In this document: in pieces, positions 17,868 to 27,716 of the stretch
How the letters are laid out: each line of letters starts with the position of its first letter
Position numbering within the stretch: position 1 is the stretch's first letter
Virus record (IMG/VR): IMGVR_UViG_3300026097_000010
Location: 1 to 64,000 of that record
DNA: 64,000 bases
Reading direction: 5' to 3' (one strand)
Origin: a virus
Translations under genes and position numbers: made by a program
Notes under the pieces: model-generated
The model's database searches: none
What the model was told of the DNA's origin: nothing
What the model saw: only the letters and a program-made list of their open reading frames with translations

Positions 17868-18706
17868 TCAAGTAATAACTCCAGTCTGTTAAGCGGTATT
17901 CCTTGGGCTATTTCTTCCACCGTCCATTCGGTGTGGGCGTAGTCGTTGAGCCATTGTGTTCTGTCGGGCAGGGGAGGATTTTCCAGATTGGTAAGGCTTT
18001 TGATGCTGACGTCCCAGGCTAGGCTTGACGGTGAGGTATAACTGGGCACACCCTCTATTACCGAATGTATCCCTGGGTTGCTGGTCCAACTAACAGTGCA
18101 ATAAATATTTTGAAATTGCATATCGAAATCGTCATAGCTGCCGGGTATTTGCTTAGGTTGTTGTCTAATAACATTTTTAAATCTCTTTTCAATATTAGCA
18201 ACAGGGCACCTAGGGTGCGGACGAAACACGATAGGACGGGCTGTGTAGTTTCGAATACTTTCAACAGTTTCTACAACCCAGCGTTCCATACTAGGTAACA
18301 TATTCCACTGATGACTTCGATCATGTTGTCCACAAAGTAAAATACATTCTCCGTCTGTTCGCCAAGGCTTTAGTCTAAGATTAAGTAGATCGCAACGCCT
18401 ACTATCATTCCCAGCATCACCGAAAAAAGCATCTCTATTAATCCCATTAACACCTACCTTCCATGTTGTTCCTCGTTTGATACCGCCAACTTCTAAGACC
18501 ACCACTGGACGTTTTTGATTTCTAAATTTATCCCATATTGGTTTATTACTGGCCATTTTTCCGTGCCAGAGAACACTCCATATCACAGGAATATCTTCGC
18601 CCGAATTTACAACGGTATGTCCAAGTTTCTTTAATCCTTGTTCGAATGCATCAAACACTGGTTGAGAGTTTAATGCTCCATTTTCACGATATAATCTAAA
18701 ACGCAT
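17864..18706 (-). CDS. KpsC/KpsS-like GT-B protein (paralogue 1)
   Basis: PWR..G..ILL..Q, RPIVFRPHP, TSNPGIHSVIEGVP, W..EEI..G. Confidence 0.62.
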   Translation of the reverse strand: MRFRLYRENGALNSQPVFDAFEQGLKKLGHTVVNSGEDIPVIWSVLWHGKMASNKPIWDKFRNQKRPVVVLEVGGIKRGTTWKVGVNGINRDAFFGDAGNDSRRCDLLNLRLKPWRTDGECILLCGQHDRSHQWNMLPSMERWVVETVESIRNYTARPIVFRPHPRCPVANIEKRFKNVIRQQPKQIPGSYDDFDMQFQNIYCTVSWTSNPGIHSVIEGVPSYTSPSSLAWDVSIKSLTNLENPPLPDRTQWLNDYAHTEWTVEEIAQGIPLNRLELLLD

Positions 18707-18772
18707 AATCCTTTACTAAATATTATCAGAGTATTTAATCTAAAAAATATTTTCAAGGACAAAATTAGATAT

Positions 18773-19585
18773 ATGAGCAAAACTTTATATGTAGTAGGAG
18801 ACAGTTTTAGTTATCAGCACAACGAAGCTCGATTGCCGCCTGCAAACAGACCTTTGTGGTTTTTACAAGTTGCAGGTAAATTAAAATGTACTAAACTTTT
18901 AAATTTTAGTTTGCCCGGGGTATCGCAAGACTATTGCTGGTTTATGATAATAAAGTTTCTCGAAGAAATGAATTCAGATGATGTATTACTAATTACTCTA
19001 ACCGATTACACTCGTAAATGGTTTATTAAGGATGAACCCGAAATGAGTAATTTTGTTAATGCAGATAATGTTTCAAAAATTCACAAAGTAGGTATAGGAA
19101 TAACCGAAGTACACAAGTGGGTTAAAGATCGAAAGAAAGCTTCTGCAATCAAAGATTACTTGTTACATCTTCAAAACGAAGAAGTAGACGAAGCTAACCA
19201 ACTGTATAAGTTAGGATGGTTGCACGATGTTGTAAGACGACGAAACTTAAAAAATATATGTATAGTTCCATCTTTCGATTTAGGAATCGATTCCAATGAT
19301 TGGCCTTTATTAAATATAGCAGACGGGGATCTAAATCTTATACAGCATGGTGAATTTCCCGAAGGACACTATGCAATAAAAGGACACGGATTCCAAGATA
19401 TAAGATTTAATCACATGTGTTTACAAAACCACGGTATTTTAGCAGATAAAATTTCTTCCTCGATTATATCAAGTAGTCCTGCTAACCTAAATGATGGATT
19501 TTTAAGAAATGTGTTAACAGAAGAAAATATTAACAATCTAGAATTTATAGAAAATCAACTAGATTATAGATTGTTTGAACAATAA
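18773..19585 (+). CDS. SGNH/GDSL-like hydrolase or O-acyltransferase
   Basis: VVGDSFS block I; C-terminal NHM..NH..LA. Confidence 0.65.
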   Translation: MSKTLYVVGDSFSYQHNEARLPPANRPLWFLQVAGKLKCTKLLNFSLPGVSQDYCWFMIIKFLEEMNSDDVLLITLTDYTRKWFIKDEPEMSNFVNADNVSKIHKVGIGITEVHKWVKDRKKASAIKDYLLHLQNEEVDEANQLYKLGWLHDVVRRRNLKNICIVPSFDLGIDSNDWPLLNIADGDLNLIQHGEFPEGHYAIKGHGFQDIRFNHMCLQNHGILADKISSSIISSSPANLNDGFLRNVLTEENINNLEFIENQLDYRLFEQ

Positions 19586-19991
19586 AATTTTGAGAATGAA
19601 TAAATTTAAGAAAAGAGTAGCTAAATCGTTTTCGACACAGTTTAATGCTGTAGTTTACGGACAAGGGTTTGGACACTTAGAAGATATTTTGTATTGTTTT
19701 CCTAGTGTGTTTCTTATTAACGACCACGCACCGTTCAAGCAAAAAAATTTAATTTTTAGAGAAAAAAACAGCGACTTAAACAGTATATTAGATGTAAGTG
19801 TATTGTTTATAGATTTAGAAAAGATTAACGATATTGACTATTTAATGCCTATAATAATAAAACATAAACCCGATATTGCAATCGAAGGCAATGAATGTAT
19901 AGAAAGAAATTACTCAAAAAGTCTATGGGAATATCATTATAGACCTAGATCTCAGCACGGATTCTTTCATATTTGGAAAAAAATAAAATGA
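19575..19991 (+). CDS. Hypothetical protein
   Basis: 138-aa ORF coupled to both neighbours. Confidence 0.65.
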   Translation: MNNKILRMNKFKKRVAKSFSTQFNAVVYGQGFGHLEDILYCFPSVFLINDHAPFKQKNLIFREKNSDLNSILDVSVLFIDLEKINDIDYLMPIIIKHKPDIAIEGNECIERNYSKSLWEYHYRPRSQHGFFHIWKKIK

Positions 19992-20830
19992 CAATTTCAG
20001 TAGTAACAACGTTTCACGAAGCAGGACTAAAACAGTACGGTCAGCGTATGATTAATACATTTATTGACAATTGGCCTGAGGAAGTTAAACTGTATGTATA
20101 CCCGGAAAAATGTAATCCTCAAGTACCCGACCATTCAAGAATAGTTTTAACTGATTTAGATTCAGTACAAGAACTTACAAATTTTAAAAACAAATGGCGA
20201 GGTGTTCCTAAAGCAAATGGCGATGTAAGTAGCGATCCTATTAGAAGCAAACGCAAAGATTCTGGAAAAGGTTTTAAATGGGATGCTGTGAGATTTGCTC
20301 ATAAGGTGTATGCTATATTTGATTGTGCGAAAAAATGCAATACAGAGTGGCTGTTCTGGATGGATGCTGATACAATCTGTCACAGTACTATTACTATGAA
20401 AGACTTAAATCGTATGTTACCTGGAAAACAAGAGTTATGCTATCTAGGACGCAAAGGCAAATACAGTGAGTGCGGACTGTACGCTATGAATTTAACATCT
20501 CCTAATATACAATTATTTTTAAAAGAATTTCAGCGTGTGTACGATGATGCTGAGAATGGTATTTTTAAAATGGCTGAATGGCATGATAGTTTTGTATTCG
20601 ATGGTGTTAGAAAAACTATACCTAATCTTAAACAACATGACTGGGCCGCCAGTCTATACGATATTAGACCAAGAGCAGGGATGAGTTCAGGTGAAGGTCA
20701 TCCACTTATTAATTCAGATTGGGGAGCATGGTTAGATCATCTCAAAGGCGGTAGGAAAAATTTAGGGATGAGTAAAAGAGACGATCTTAAAGTTCCTAGA
20801 ACAGAACCTTACTGGCAAAAATTTAAGTAA
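19988..20830 (+). CDS. GT-A glycosyltransferase
   Basis: RFAHKVYA, WMDAD, SECG, WHDSFVFD, DHLKG; probable start MTISVV (ATGA overlap). Confidence 0.8.
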   Translation: MTISVVTTFHEAGLKQYGQRMINTFIDNWPEEVKLYVYPEKCNPQVPDHSRIVLTDLDSVQELTNFKNKWRGVPKANGDVSSDPIRSKRKDSGKGFKWDAVRFAHKVYAIFDCAKKCNTEWLFWMDADTICHSTITMKDLNRMLPGKQELCYLGRKGKYSECGLYAMNLTSPNIQLFLKEFQRVYDDAENGIFKMAEWHDSFVFDGVRKTIPNLKQHDWAASLYDIRPRAGMSSGEGHPLINSDWGAWLDHLKGGRKNLGMSKRDDLKVPRTEPYWQKFK

Positions 20831-21752
20831 TATATTTTCTAAAGAATTGCCATGCTTCGCCGCTTTTTAATTCTTTAAAATTCCAGTGGCACATAGATAA
20901 TCGTTCGATCCATTCTTGTCTATCTGGAAAATCTGGAGTCTCTAACTTTGACAATCCGACATTAGCAACAGGATAGGCCTGACTATGCGTTGGAAGAGGA
21001 TCTGTTAAAAACACAGGTATTCCTTCTATAGCACTAGCAACTGCAGGACTAGAATTATATACAACTGTTGCCCACGCATTTTTAAGATCATTAATTAAAT
21101 TAGGAGAGTTACTAATTGTTACATTTTTGTGATTTATTCTCAGATACTGTCTTATTTTTTTATCACCTGGATGTGCGCGAACAATAATAGGACGTTTCCG
21201 TGAATACGACCTAATTTCAGCGATTGTTTTATCTAACCATTCCATTACATGTAACCCTCGCATACTCCAGCCGCCATTTCGTTGAAGACAAATTAAAATA
21301 TGATTACCGGAGGTTCGCCAAGGTTTTAATGAAATATTTAAATCGTTACTTATTTTTTTCCACCTGGTGGGATCAACATGCTCGTTAAAATAAAATCCAG
21401 TCGTAGGAAAAACTCCATTAAAACTATATCGGAGATAATGATTAACATTTTTAGGATCTGCATATAGAAACAAATTACTATCTACTATCAATGCTTTTTT
21501 ATTGTTTTTAATTTGCGTTTCGTATGCCTTTTTTCGTAATTGAAGATGCGGAGCTGTTTTACCGTGCTCGTGAACGAATCCTTGTATCAATGCAACATCG
21601 CAGGGTATAATATCTGTTCCTTTATGAGCAATAGCCGTATCTCCGGACGCTTGTACACCGGATATGAAATTATCTAGTATTTGTGGCTTTTCGGGATTGT
21701 TATTTTTTAAAGGTATTCCTTTATAGTAAGCAACCGCTGTTAACTTAGACAT
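20823..21752 (-). CDS. KpsC/KpsS-like GT-B protein (paralogue 2)
   Basis: KPWR.SG..ILICLQ, IIVRAHPG, YNSSPAVASAIEGIP. Confidence 0.62.
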   Translation of the reverse strand: MSKLTAVAYYKGIPLKNNNPEKPQILDNFISGVQASGDTAIAHKGTDIIPCDVALIQGFVHEHGKTAPHLQLRKKAYETQIKNNKKALIVDSNLFLYADPKNVNHYLRYSFNGVFPTTGFYFNEHVDPTRWKKISNDLNISLKPWRTSGNHILICLQRNGGWSMRGLHVMEWLDKTIAEIRSYSRKRPIIVRAHPGDKKIRQYLRINHKNVTISNSPNLINDLKNAWATVVYNSSPAVASAIEGIPVFLTDPLPTHSQAYPVANVGLSKLETPDFPDRQEWIERLSMCHWNFKELKSGEAWQFFRKYIT

Positions 21753-22839
21753 TGTATTTTTTTACCAGGTTATAAGCTGTTCCATTCATTAACTCTTCTT
21801 TTGTAAACTGGCTGTAACTTAACATGCATAACCAGTTCGCAATATTTCCTTTATATAGATCATTAATATCTGATAATTTATTTCTTGTAACAGGATTTGT
21901 TATATGCCTATCGAGAGTAATTGCGGGTACTCCTGCCCATATTGCTTCTGTTGCAGCATTTGAATTAATATTCACAATACAGTAATAATCTTCATTTAGC
22001 AATTCCTTATAAAGCCGTGTTCTTTCTCTTTTAGGAGCTTTTTCTCGAAAAACAATTTTTTTATCTGTATACTTTTTCAATTCTGTTTCTACATCGTACT
22101 TCCAACTTTTAAGATCTACGTGGAAGACTTGAGCGGCAAACGGGCCAGGCTCGATAACTAAAATTTTATCTCCGGAATCTCGCCAAGGTTTAGGAAACGA
22201 TTTAAAAATACCTAATCTATCAGCAGGAGCATCGAAATATTTTCCATAATGTAAATGATTTCTAACCAAACGATGCCATTTTTTGTTCGGTTCTAAAAAA
22301 TTTGTATATCCGCTGTCGACAAACCAAAACGGAAAATTGCTATCGACTTTTGTTACTAGTAAGTCCTCATTTCCTACTGTGTTTCTTATTAAACAGTCTG
22401 CACGATAATCATTGAAATCTTTTCGGCGAATAAACTCTCCCGTCGGATCTATACTTAGTCCGGTACCCTTAACAAAGTTTTTGTAATCGCTTTGCTGATA
22501 GAGTTTAAAAATGGTTTCAAGACCAATCTTATCAATAAAATAATCTATATTTTTATGAACTAGATTATAATAATTTTCTTTTCTTACAGCTAAAGATTCT
22601 GTAAGAAGCTGTCGATATTTTCTAGAATCGTGCATTACAGCTTTGAATAATTTTTCTTTTAATTTTTTCTTAACGGTATAATTGCTTTTTATTGTCGGGA
22701 TAGGATTTTTTCTTACAAACTCCGCTAAGAACTCAGACGTTTCGTGATCAAATTCTGGAAGACTTTTTAAGAAAGTAGTATGATCAATGCAACTTAATAG
22801 AAAATGTGCAATTTCTTTATTGTTTAATAATAATTTCAT
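21745..22839 (-). CDS. KpsC/KpsS-like GT-B protein (paralogue 3)
   Basis: DSGY, WHRLVRN, KPWRDSG, FREK, NSNAATEAIWAGVP, SQFT.EEL.NG; start at 22839 by ATGA overlap. Confidence 0.6.
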   Translation of the reverse strand: MKLLLNNKEIAHFLLSCIDHTTFLKSLPEFDHETSEFLAEFVRKNPIPTIKSNYTVKKKLKEKLFKAVMHDSRKYRQLLTESLAVRKENYYNLVHKNIDYFIDKIGLETIFKLYQQSDYKNFVKGTGLSIDPTGEFIRRKDFNDYRADCLIRNTVGNEDLLVTKVDSNFPFWFVDSGYTNFLEPNKKWHRLVRNHLHYGKYFDAPADRLGIFKSFPKPWRDSGDKILVIEPGPFAAQVFHVDLKSWKYDVETELKKYTDKKIVFREKAPKRERTRLYKELLNEDYYCIVNINSNAATEAIWAGVPAITLDRHITNPVTRNKLSDINDLYKGNIANWLCMLSYSQFTKEELMNGTAYNLVKKYNV

Positions 22840-23621
22840 TTTTTGTACTTCTGTGTTATTTTCCATGCTGTTCCGTTTTGTATTTCGTCAAGTGTAAACT
22901 GTCCGTATGCTAAATTACAGGCTTGTTTATATATCAACTCTTTTGTAGGCTTAAATGGGTTCTCAAGTTCTGACAGGTCGGTAGACGCTATCGGGCTTGC
23001 GGCACATGGTACACTAACAAATGCAGGTATGCCATACAATACTGACTCAACAGCTGCAATACTGTTAAATGCAACAGTCGCATATACACCACTATCAAAT
23101 GCATCGTAAATAGAGTACTCTCTATTCCTATAAACCCTAGAACCTTTTATTCTAATTTCAACTGGTAGATCTGAATATTTCGCGATATCTTTTTTTGTCT
23201 GATCAACCCATGTATCGTAATCAAAGTTGTAATATCGACAAGCTTTTGGGTTCGGCATTACTAATAATATTTTTTTCTTATAATTTTTCCAGCCGGACCA
23301 GTTAAGACTAGGATCTTGTTTTACAAGATTTTGCCATCGATCATCGGGTACATCTCTCAGTATAGAGTGCTGATTTTCATTTCTAACGACCCTATGCCAA
23401 ATCTTTTTTCCGTTAGGGTTTCCAAGACTAGGGAAGTTTCCAAGATACCCTGTATCTATATAATAAAAATCTCTTTTATCGTTTATACATTGTTCAACAT
23501 GATCCTTTTTAATAACTCCTCTAACAACTAATGGTTTGGTTTTATTAACAGGATCAGTTGTGCAAGCATTACCAGAGCCGTCAACTAGAGATTTTTCCAA
23601 AGATGTTTTGTCTTCTTTCAT
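22836..23621 (-). CDS. KpsC/KpsS-like GT-B protein (paralogue 4)
   Basis: DTGYLGN, WHRVVRN, NSIAAVESVLYGIP, GQFT.DEI.NG; start at 23621 by TAATG overlap. Confidence 0.6.
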   Translation of the reverse strand: MKEDKTSLEKSLVDGSGNACTTDPVNKTKPLVVRGVIKKDHVEQCINDKRDFYYIDTGYLGNFPSLGNPNGKKIWHRVVRNENQHSILRDVPDDRWQNLVKQDPSLNWSGWKNYKKKILLVMPNPKACRYYNFDYDTWVDQTKKDIAKYSDLPVEIRIKGSRVYRNREYSIYDAFDSGVYATVAFNSIAAVESVLYGIPAFVSVPCAASPIASTDLSELENPFKPTKELIYKQACNLAYGQFTLDEIQNGTAWKITQKYKK

Positions 23622-24412
23622 TAAATTTGCATAAGTTCCTTTGCTTTTCCTGATCGTAACTCGTTTGAATGGAATTGTCCATATGCCAAGGAACACCCCC
23701 AACGATACACTAGATCAGAGTCTGGGTAGTAAGGTTTTTCGATAAGTGACAGATCTTGTTTACTCACCGGCTTGGCAGCACTCGAAGGTGCAAGGGGGAA
23801 AACAGGAATTCCTTCAAAAATAGATTCAACGGCTGCATTACTGTTAAATGTAACCAATGCAAATACGTCGTCGTGTATTGCTTCTAAAAAAGGTTTATGA
23901 ACTGTTCTGTTTATTCTTTCTGGATCGCGCTTTCTGACTTCGATCGGCCGATCAGTATATTTTTTAATTTCGTTAATTGTTTCATTCAGCCAAGTATCTA
24001 ATGTTAAACCATAAAACTTCATCGGTTTATCGTCTGGGGCTGCAATTAAAATTTTACGTCCGTCCTTCTTCCAGGGTTTAATTTTTTTCTTAAAATTTTG
24101 AAATCTATCATCTGGCACATCTTTAATTTTAGTATGTTGAAGATCATTCTTTACAATTCTGTGCCAAAACTTCCAACCTTGCGGATTAGATTTACTTATT
24201 TCGTTTCCGAAGTATCCAGTATCCATATAAAAAAAAGTTCGATTATTTCTCCAGCACTTATGAATAATTTTCTTTTTTAAAATACCTCTTAATACAATTG
24301 CATCGGTCGATGTATCATACTCAAATTCATCAGGATCGACCGAAACAGACCTGCATCCTTTTGCAAACATGTTAACGTATGGATCTTTTCCGCCTTTGCT
24401 TAAAAATATCAT
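23621..24412 (-). CDS. KpsC/KpsS-like GT-B protein (paralogue 5)
   Basis: DTGYFGN, WHRIVKN, KPWKKDG, NSNAAVESIFEGIP, GQF..NELRSG. Confidence 0.6.
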   Translation of the reverse strand: MIFLSKGGKDPYVNMFAKGCRSVSVDPDEFEYDTSTDAIVLRGILKKKIIHKCWRNNRTFFYMDTGYFGNEISKSNPQGWKFWHRIVKNDLQHTKIKDVPDDRFQNFKKKIKPWKKDGRKILIAAPDDKPMKFYGLTLDTWLNETINEIKKYTDRPIEVRKRDPERINRTVHKPFLEAIHDDVFALVTFNSNAAVESIFEGIPVFPLAPSSAAKPVSKQDLSLIEKPYYPDSDLVYRWGCSLAYGQFHSNELRSGKAKELMQI

Positions 24413-25086
24413 AAATCGTGTTGTTCGCAGTATTCTGTTAGGATACGTTCACGATGCCATTCGTCCCCCATCGGTGTTGTCGCAAACTCGTGAAAACTAG
24501 GAGTACCTAATGTATAATGCAAAAGTTTTGCATCTTGATTTTCGCCATACTCGTCCGGCAACCAATTCCATTCGATGGGCAATTCTCCAATACGTTCATC
24601 ATCAAGGTGTTGAAATCTATGTAGTTCTGCACCTGTAGCATTCTGTACATATTCAGGAGTCAGTCTTCGATTAGGATGATTTTGGCAGTTCCAAAGAATA
24701 ACACTCGACCAGTTCTTTCTAGGGTAGTTTTCGTTCTTACTGCCTAGATATTTTTCTGTCATTTTAGTTTGATAATCGTGCTTTACAACCATTACATCTT
24801 TGTCACTTTCTCTTAGTTCCCATAGTTTGTAGATATCATCTCGCACAATCATATCACCGTCTATAAAGATTGCCCATCCTTTATAACTCATAAGATGCGG
24901 GACTAAAAATCGACTGTATACAAAATGATTAGAAGCATCAGTGTGCTTTTCTTCGTAGTCACCTAATAGACTAAGTGCCAATGGAATAATCTGAACAGGG
25001 CCGCTAGCGTGTCTTATAATTGAATTAACACACACGTGGTATGCTATTGCTTCTCTAGGATCATATCCTATAAAAACTGGGATCAT
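24409..25086 (-). CDS. GT8-like glycosyltransferase
   Basis: FIGYDPRE, SRFLVP, FIDGDM, RKNWSS, EWNWL, LHYTLGTP. Confidence 0.85.
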   Translation of the reverse strand: MIPVFIGYDPREAIAYHVCVNSIIRHASGPVQIIPLALSLLGDYEEKHTDASNHFVYSRFLVPHLMSYKGWAIFIDGDMIVRDDIYKLWELRESDKDVMVVKHDYQTKMTEKYLGSKNENYPRKNWSSVILWNCQNHPNRRLTPEYVQNATGAELHRFQHLDDERIGELPIEWNWLPDEYGENQDAKLLHYTLGTPSFHEFATTPMGDEWHRERILTEYCEQHDL

Positions 25087-25862
25087 GTATTTCTCCTTTC
25101 TATGTCCTTTTCAACACATTCTTCACCCCACTGTATCTCTAAAATATGTGCTGGGTCTGTTCCTGGATTACTAGCTTTATGCCAAACATCCTTGCCTATA
25201 CTATAAGTAAAACTGTTTTGTGTGAGATGAACAACGTCTTTAATACCTTCATATTCAGTCTCCATTTTTACTATACCTTCTAAGATTCGCCAGTCCTCCG
25301 ATCTCTTAAAGTGTCGTTGATCGGATAAACTTTTGCCTGGAAGTATTACTAATTCTTTTACTTTGTAGCCCTTTTCGGGTTTGTTATCAAGTACACGCCA
25401 ATATCCCCAAGGCCTTTCTGTTTTTTGTGTCTTCCACTCATCAAGAATCCAACTTGAAGAATTCTTTTTATCAGTGCCGCCGACGCCGAATACAAAACTT
25501 AATCTAGGATTGTTAACAGTCATTTCAGGAATATTGTCGTCAGTCCTATCGCCGCCGTTAGCAAAAATTACTTCATGTTCTGGATAATTTTCGAGGGTGT
25601 CCTTAATAAATTTCGTTGCACTGTTATCTGTGTCGTAATCGTCAGCGAATTGAATTACAACATCTACTATTCGTAACGCTTGAACGATTCCGGCTCGTTC
25701 TTCGCTAGGCATAAACGGCTTTCCTTTTTTACGAATAAGCCAAGAATCGCTATTGACTCCTACAATTAAAACATCGCCTAGTTTTTTTGCTTCGGTGAGA
25801 TATGAAATATGTCCGGTATGAATTGGATCAAACCCGCCTGTAACTAATACAATTTTACTCAT
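25083..25862 (-). CDS. Cytidylyl/adenylyltransferase (RfaE2/TagD-like) fused to a mannose-6-P-isomerase-type cupin
   Basis: TGGFDPIHTGH, GVNSD, ANGGDR, then ERPWG..LSDQRH..RSE.W..H; probable start MSKIVL (25862). Confidence 0.85.
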   Translation of the reverse strand: MSKIVLVTGGFDPIHTGHISYLTEAKKLGDVLIVGVNSDSWLIRKKGKPFMPSEERAGIVQALRIVDVVIQFADDYDTDNSATKFIKDTLENYPEHEVIFANGGDRTDDNIPEMTVNNPRLSFVFGVGGTDKKNSSSWILDEWKTQKTERPWGYWRVLDNKPEKGYKVKELVILPGKSLSDQRHFKRSEDWRILEGIVKMETEYEGIKDVVHLTQNSFTYSIGKDVWHKASNPGTDPAHILEIQWGEECVEKDIERRNT

Positions 25863-25901
25863 GACTTTATTTATAACGGCACCTAATGCATAAATATTTT
25901 C
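25863..25901. promoter_or_regulatory. Back-to-back late-type promoters (TATAAATA on -, TAAATA on +)
   Basis: TATAAATA-6nt-ATG(25862) on -; TAAATA-5nt-ATG(25902) on +. Confidence 0.7.
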
Positions 25902-26477
25902 ATGGTTACTCCTGTAAGATTTATACACATTGAAAAATGTGGAGGCACATCGGTTGCTAAATTCCTAAATGACAATAATTTTGATTTTTTAATGGGTAAA
26001 AATTTTAAAAAGAACAAAAAGCATTCTCATGCCGCAATGTTTGAACATGAGGATAGTTTTAAATTTACTGTTGTAAGAAATCCGTATACCAGATTAATTA
26101 GTTTTTATAATTACAATAAAAACAAGATCGGAAACTGCACTTTTGAAGAATTTGTTAAAAATAAATTAACAGAAAATCTCATAACTCTTCAGGTCATGAA
26201 AATTCATAAACCAATCGAAAATGCTGTTTTTGGGCCAATGTCGATAAGAGAATTAGAAAAACAATTTCATTGGGATAAAATGTTGGTTGATAAAATTTTC
26301 AAACTAGAGAATTTACAAGAACTAAAACAATACTTAAAAATAGATGCAGAATTTCCGATCGAAAACAAATCTATAAAAGCTAATCCGGAAAGTTATTACA
26401 ATTACGAACTTAAAGAAATTGTTGCAGATCACTTTAAAAAAGATTTCGAAATATTAGGATACAATTCAGAATTATGA
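25902..26477 (+). CDS. Sulfotransferase (Sulfotransfer_2-like)
   Basis: FIHIEKCGGTS, RNPYTRLISFY. Confidence 0.85.
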   Translation: MVTPVRFIHIEKCGGTSVAKFLNDNNFDFLMGKNFKKNKKHSHAAMFEHEDSFKFTVVRNPYTRLISFYNYNKNKIGNCTFEEFVKNKLTENLITLQVMKIHKPIENAVFGPMSIRELEKQFHWDKMLVDKIFKLENLQELKQYLKIDAEFPIENKSIKANPESYYNYELKEIVADHFKKDFEILGYNSEL

Positions 26478-27046
26478 AAAGATTTATACACATCCCTAAA
26501 ACAGGTGGAACCTCTATTAAGGAATGGCTTAGAAAGTTCACTGATGAAAAAATATTAGTTGATCTCGGATCGAATATTACAGGCTATCACAATCATCGTA
26601 TGCACTGTCGATGGTATAAGTTTAAAGGCGAGCGAACTGAAAAATTTTCTACTATTAGAAATCCGTTTCATAGGACTGTAAGCGGTTATAATTATTTAAA
26701 ATTTAAATTGAATAATCCTGCTCGAAAGATAGTATCTGAATCTTTTGAAGATTTTGTAATTTCTAGTTTGTTAGATTCTGCCGACGAAGTATTTTTACCT
26801 CAAATTTATTGGCTTAAACCTAGATCTAAAAGATTTCTTAAAGTTGAACATTTTTTTAAAATCGAAACAGAAATAGAAGAACTTCAATATTACCTCGGCT
26901 ATCATGCACCGATTCCTAAAATTAACATTAGCACACAGAAAAAATATGCAGAGTTTTACAAATCTAAAGAAGTACAAGATATTGTAAGAGAAAAATATTA
27001 TCTAGATTTTAAATTATTAGGATACGATATAGATACTATAGAGTAG
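26474..27046 (+). CDS. Sulfotransferase (Sulfotransfer_2-like)
   Basis: FIHIPKTGGTS, RNPFHRTVSGY. Confidence 0.85.
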   Translation: MKRFIHIPKTGGTSIKEWLRKFTDEKILVDLGSNITGYHNHRMHCRWYKFKGERTEKFSTIRNPFHRTVSGYNYLKFKLNNPARKIVSESFEDFVISSLLDSADEVFLPQIYWLKPRSKRFLKVEHFFKIETEIEELQYYLGYHAPIPKINISTQKKYAEFYKSKEVQDIVREKYYLDFKLLGYDIDTIE

Positions 27047-27491
27047 CATCATCCAACCCGGCGGTTCTAAGTTTAACAATATTACTTAGCTGCCACTGTT
27101 TGATATCTAGTCCTTTGATCACTCCTAGCCATTTGTTGCGAAGTAATGCAAAGTCGTTGATAATTTTTTCAAAGTCTACAACATCAGATTCGCCGTCTAC
27201 AAACTTTTCACAGTCTCTACTACTCAACGCTCGTTGATAATTTTCTAGATACTTGCGAAAGTATTGGCTTCGCAGACGGCGAAGCTCAATGTTTAGATAT
27301 TCGAGGATTGCTTCCATTTCTTGAAGCTGGTTAAATCGTGTTTCTACCAGAGCTGGCATATTTGCACTGGCTCTTTCAATTCTTCCGCTGATTTGCATTT
27401 CTTGTTTTGCTTCTACAAGCTCTGACTCGAAATACTTAATTGCATCAGGGATAACACTAATGTCTCTAGAAACACGATCGTACCAGTTCAT
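27036..27491 (-). CDS. uvsY: Recombination mediator UvsY-like
   Basis: Helical 151-aa protein ending IKQWQLSNIVKLR; downstream of uvsX. Confidence 0.72.
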   Translation of the reverse strand: MNWYDRVSRDISVIPDAIKYFESELVEAKQEMQISGRIERASANMPALVETRFNQLQEMEAILEYLNIELRRLRSQYFRKYLENYQRALSSRDCEKFVDGESDVVDFEKIINDFALLRNKWLGVIKGLDIKQWQLSNIVKLRTAGLDDATL

Positions 27492-27716
27492 TTAGTCCTC
27501 ATAATACTCGTCATCGTCAATAACTTCATCGTCAATAGCATATTCTACAGCACTATCTAGATGCGGGTCAACCCCTAATAGTGACTCTATTACAGATTCC
27601 TTAATACCATAATCTAATAGGATATTAATAAACTCTGCGGCTACGTCTTCTCTCTGTTTTTCTGGGATGTGCCCTACTACAACCTGCCAGAGGTCGCCGA
27701 TTAAGTCTTCTTTCAT
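27492..27716 (-). CDS. Small acidic hypothetical protein
   Basis: 74-aa ORF coupled to uvsX by TAATG. Confidence 0.7.
   Translation of the reverse strand: MKEDLIGDLWQVVVGHIPEKQREDVAAEFINILLDYGIKESVIESLLGVDPHLDSAVEYAIDDEVIDDDEYYED

Noticed and set aside
7219-27046. Bacterial LPS/capsule locus or a prophage-host junction
   Set aside because: The sugar genes are interleaved and overlap with phage core genes, share phage late motifs, and lack export or polymerase genes.
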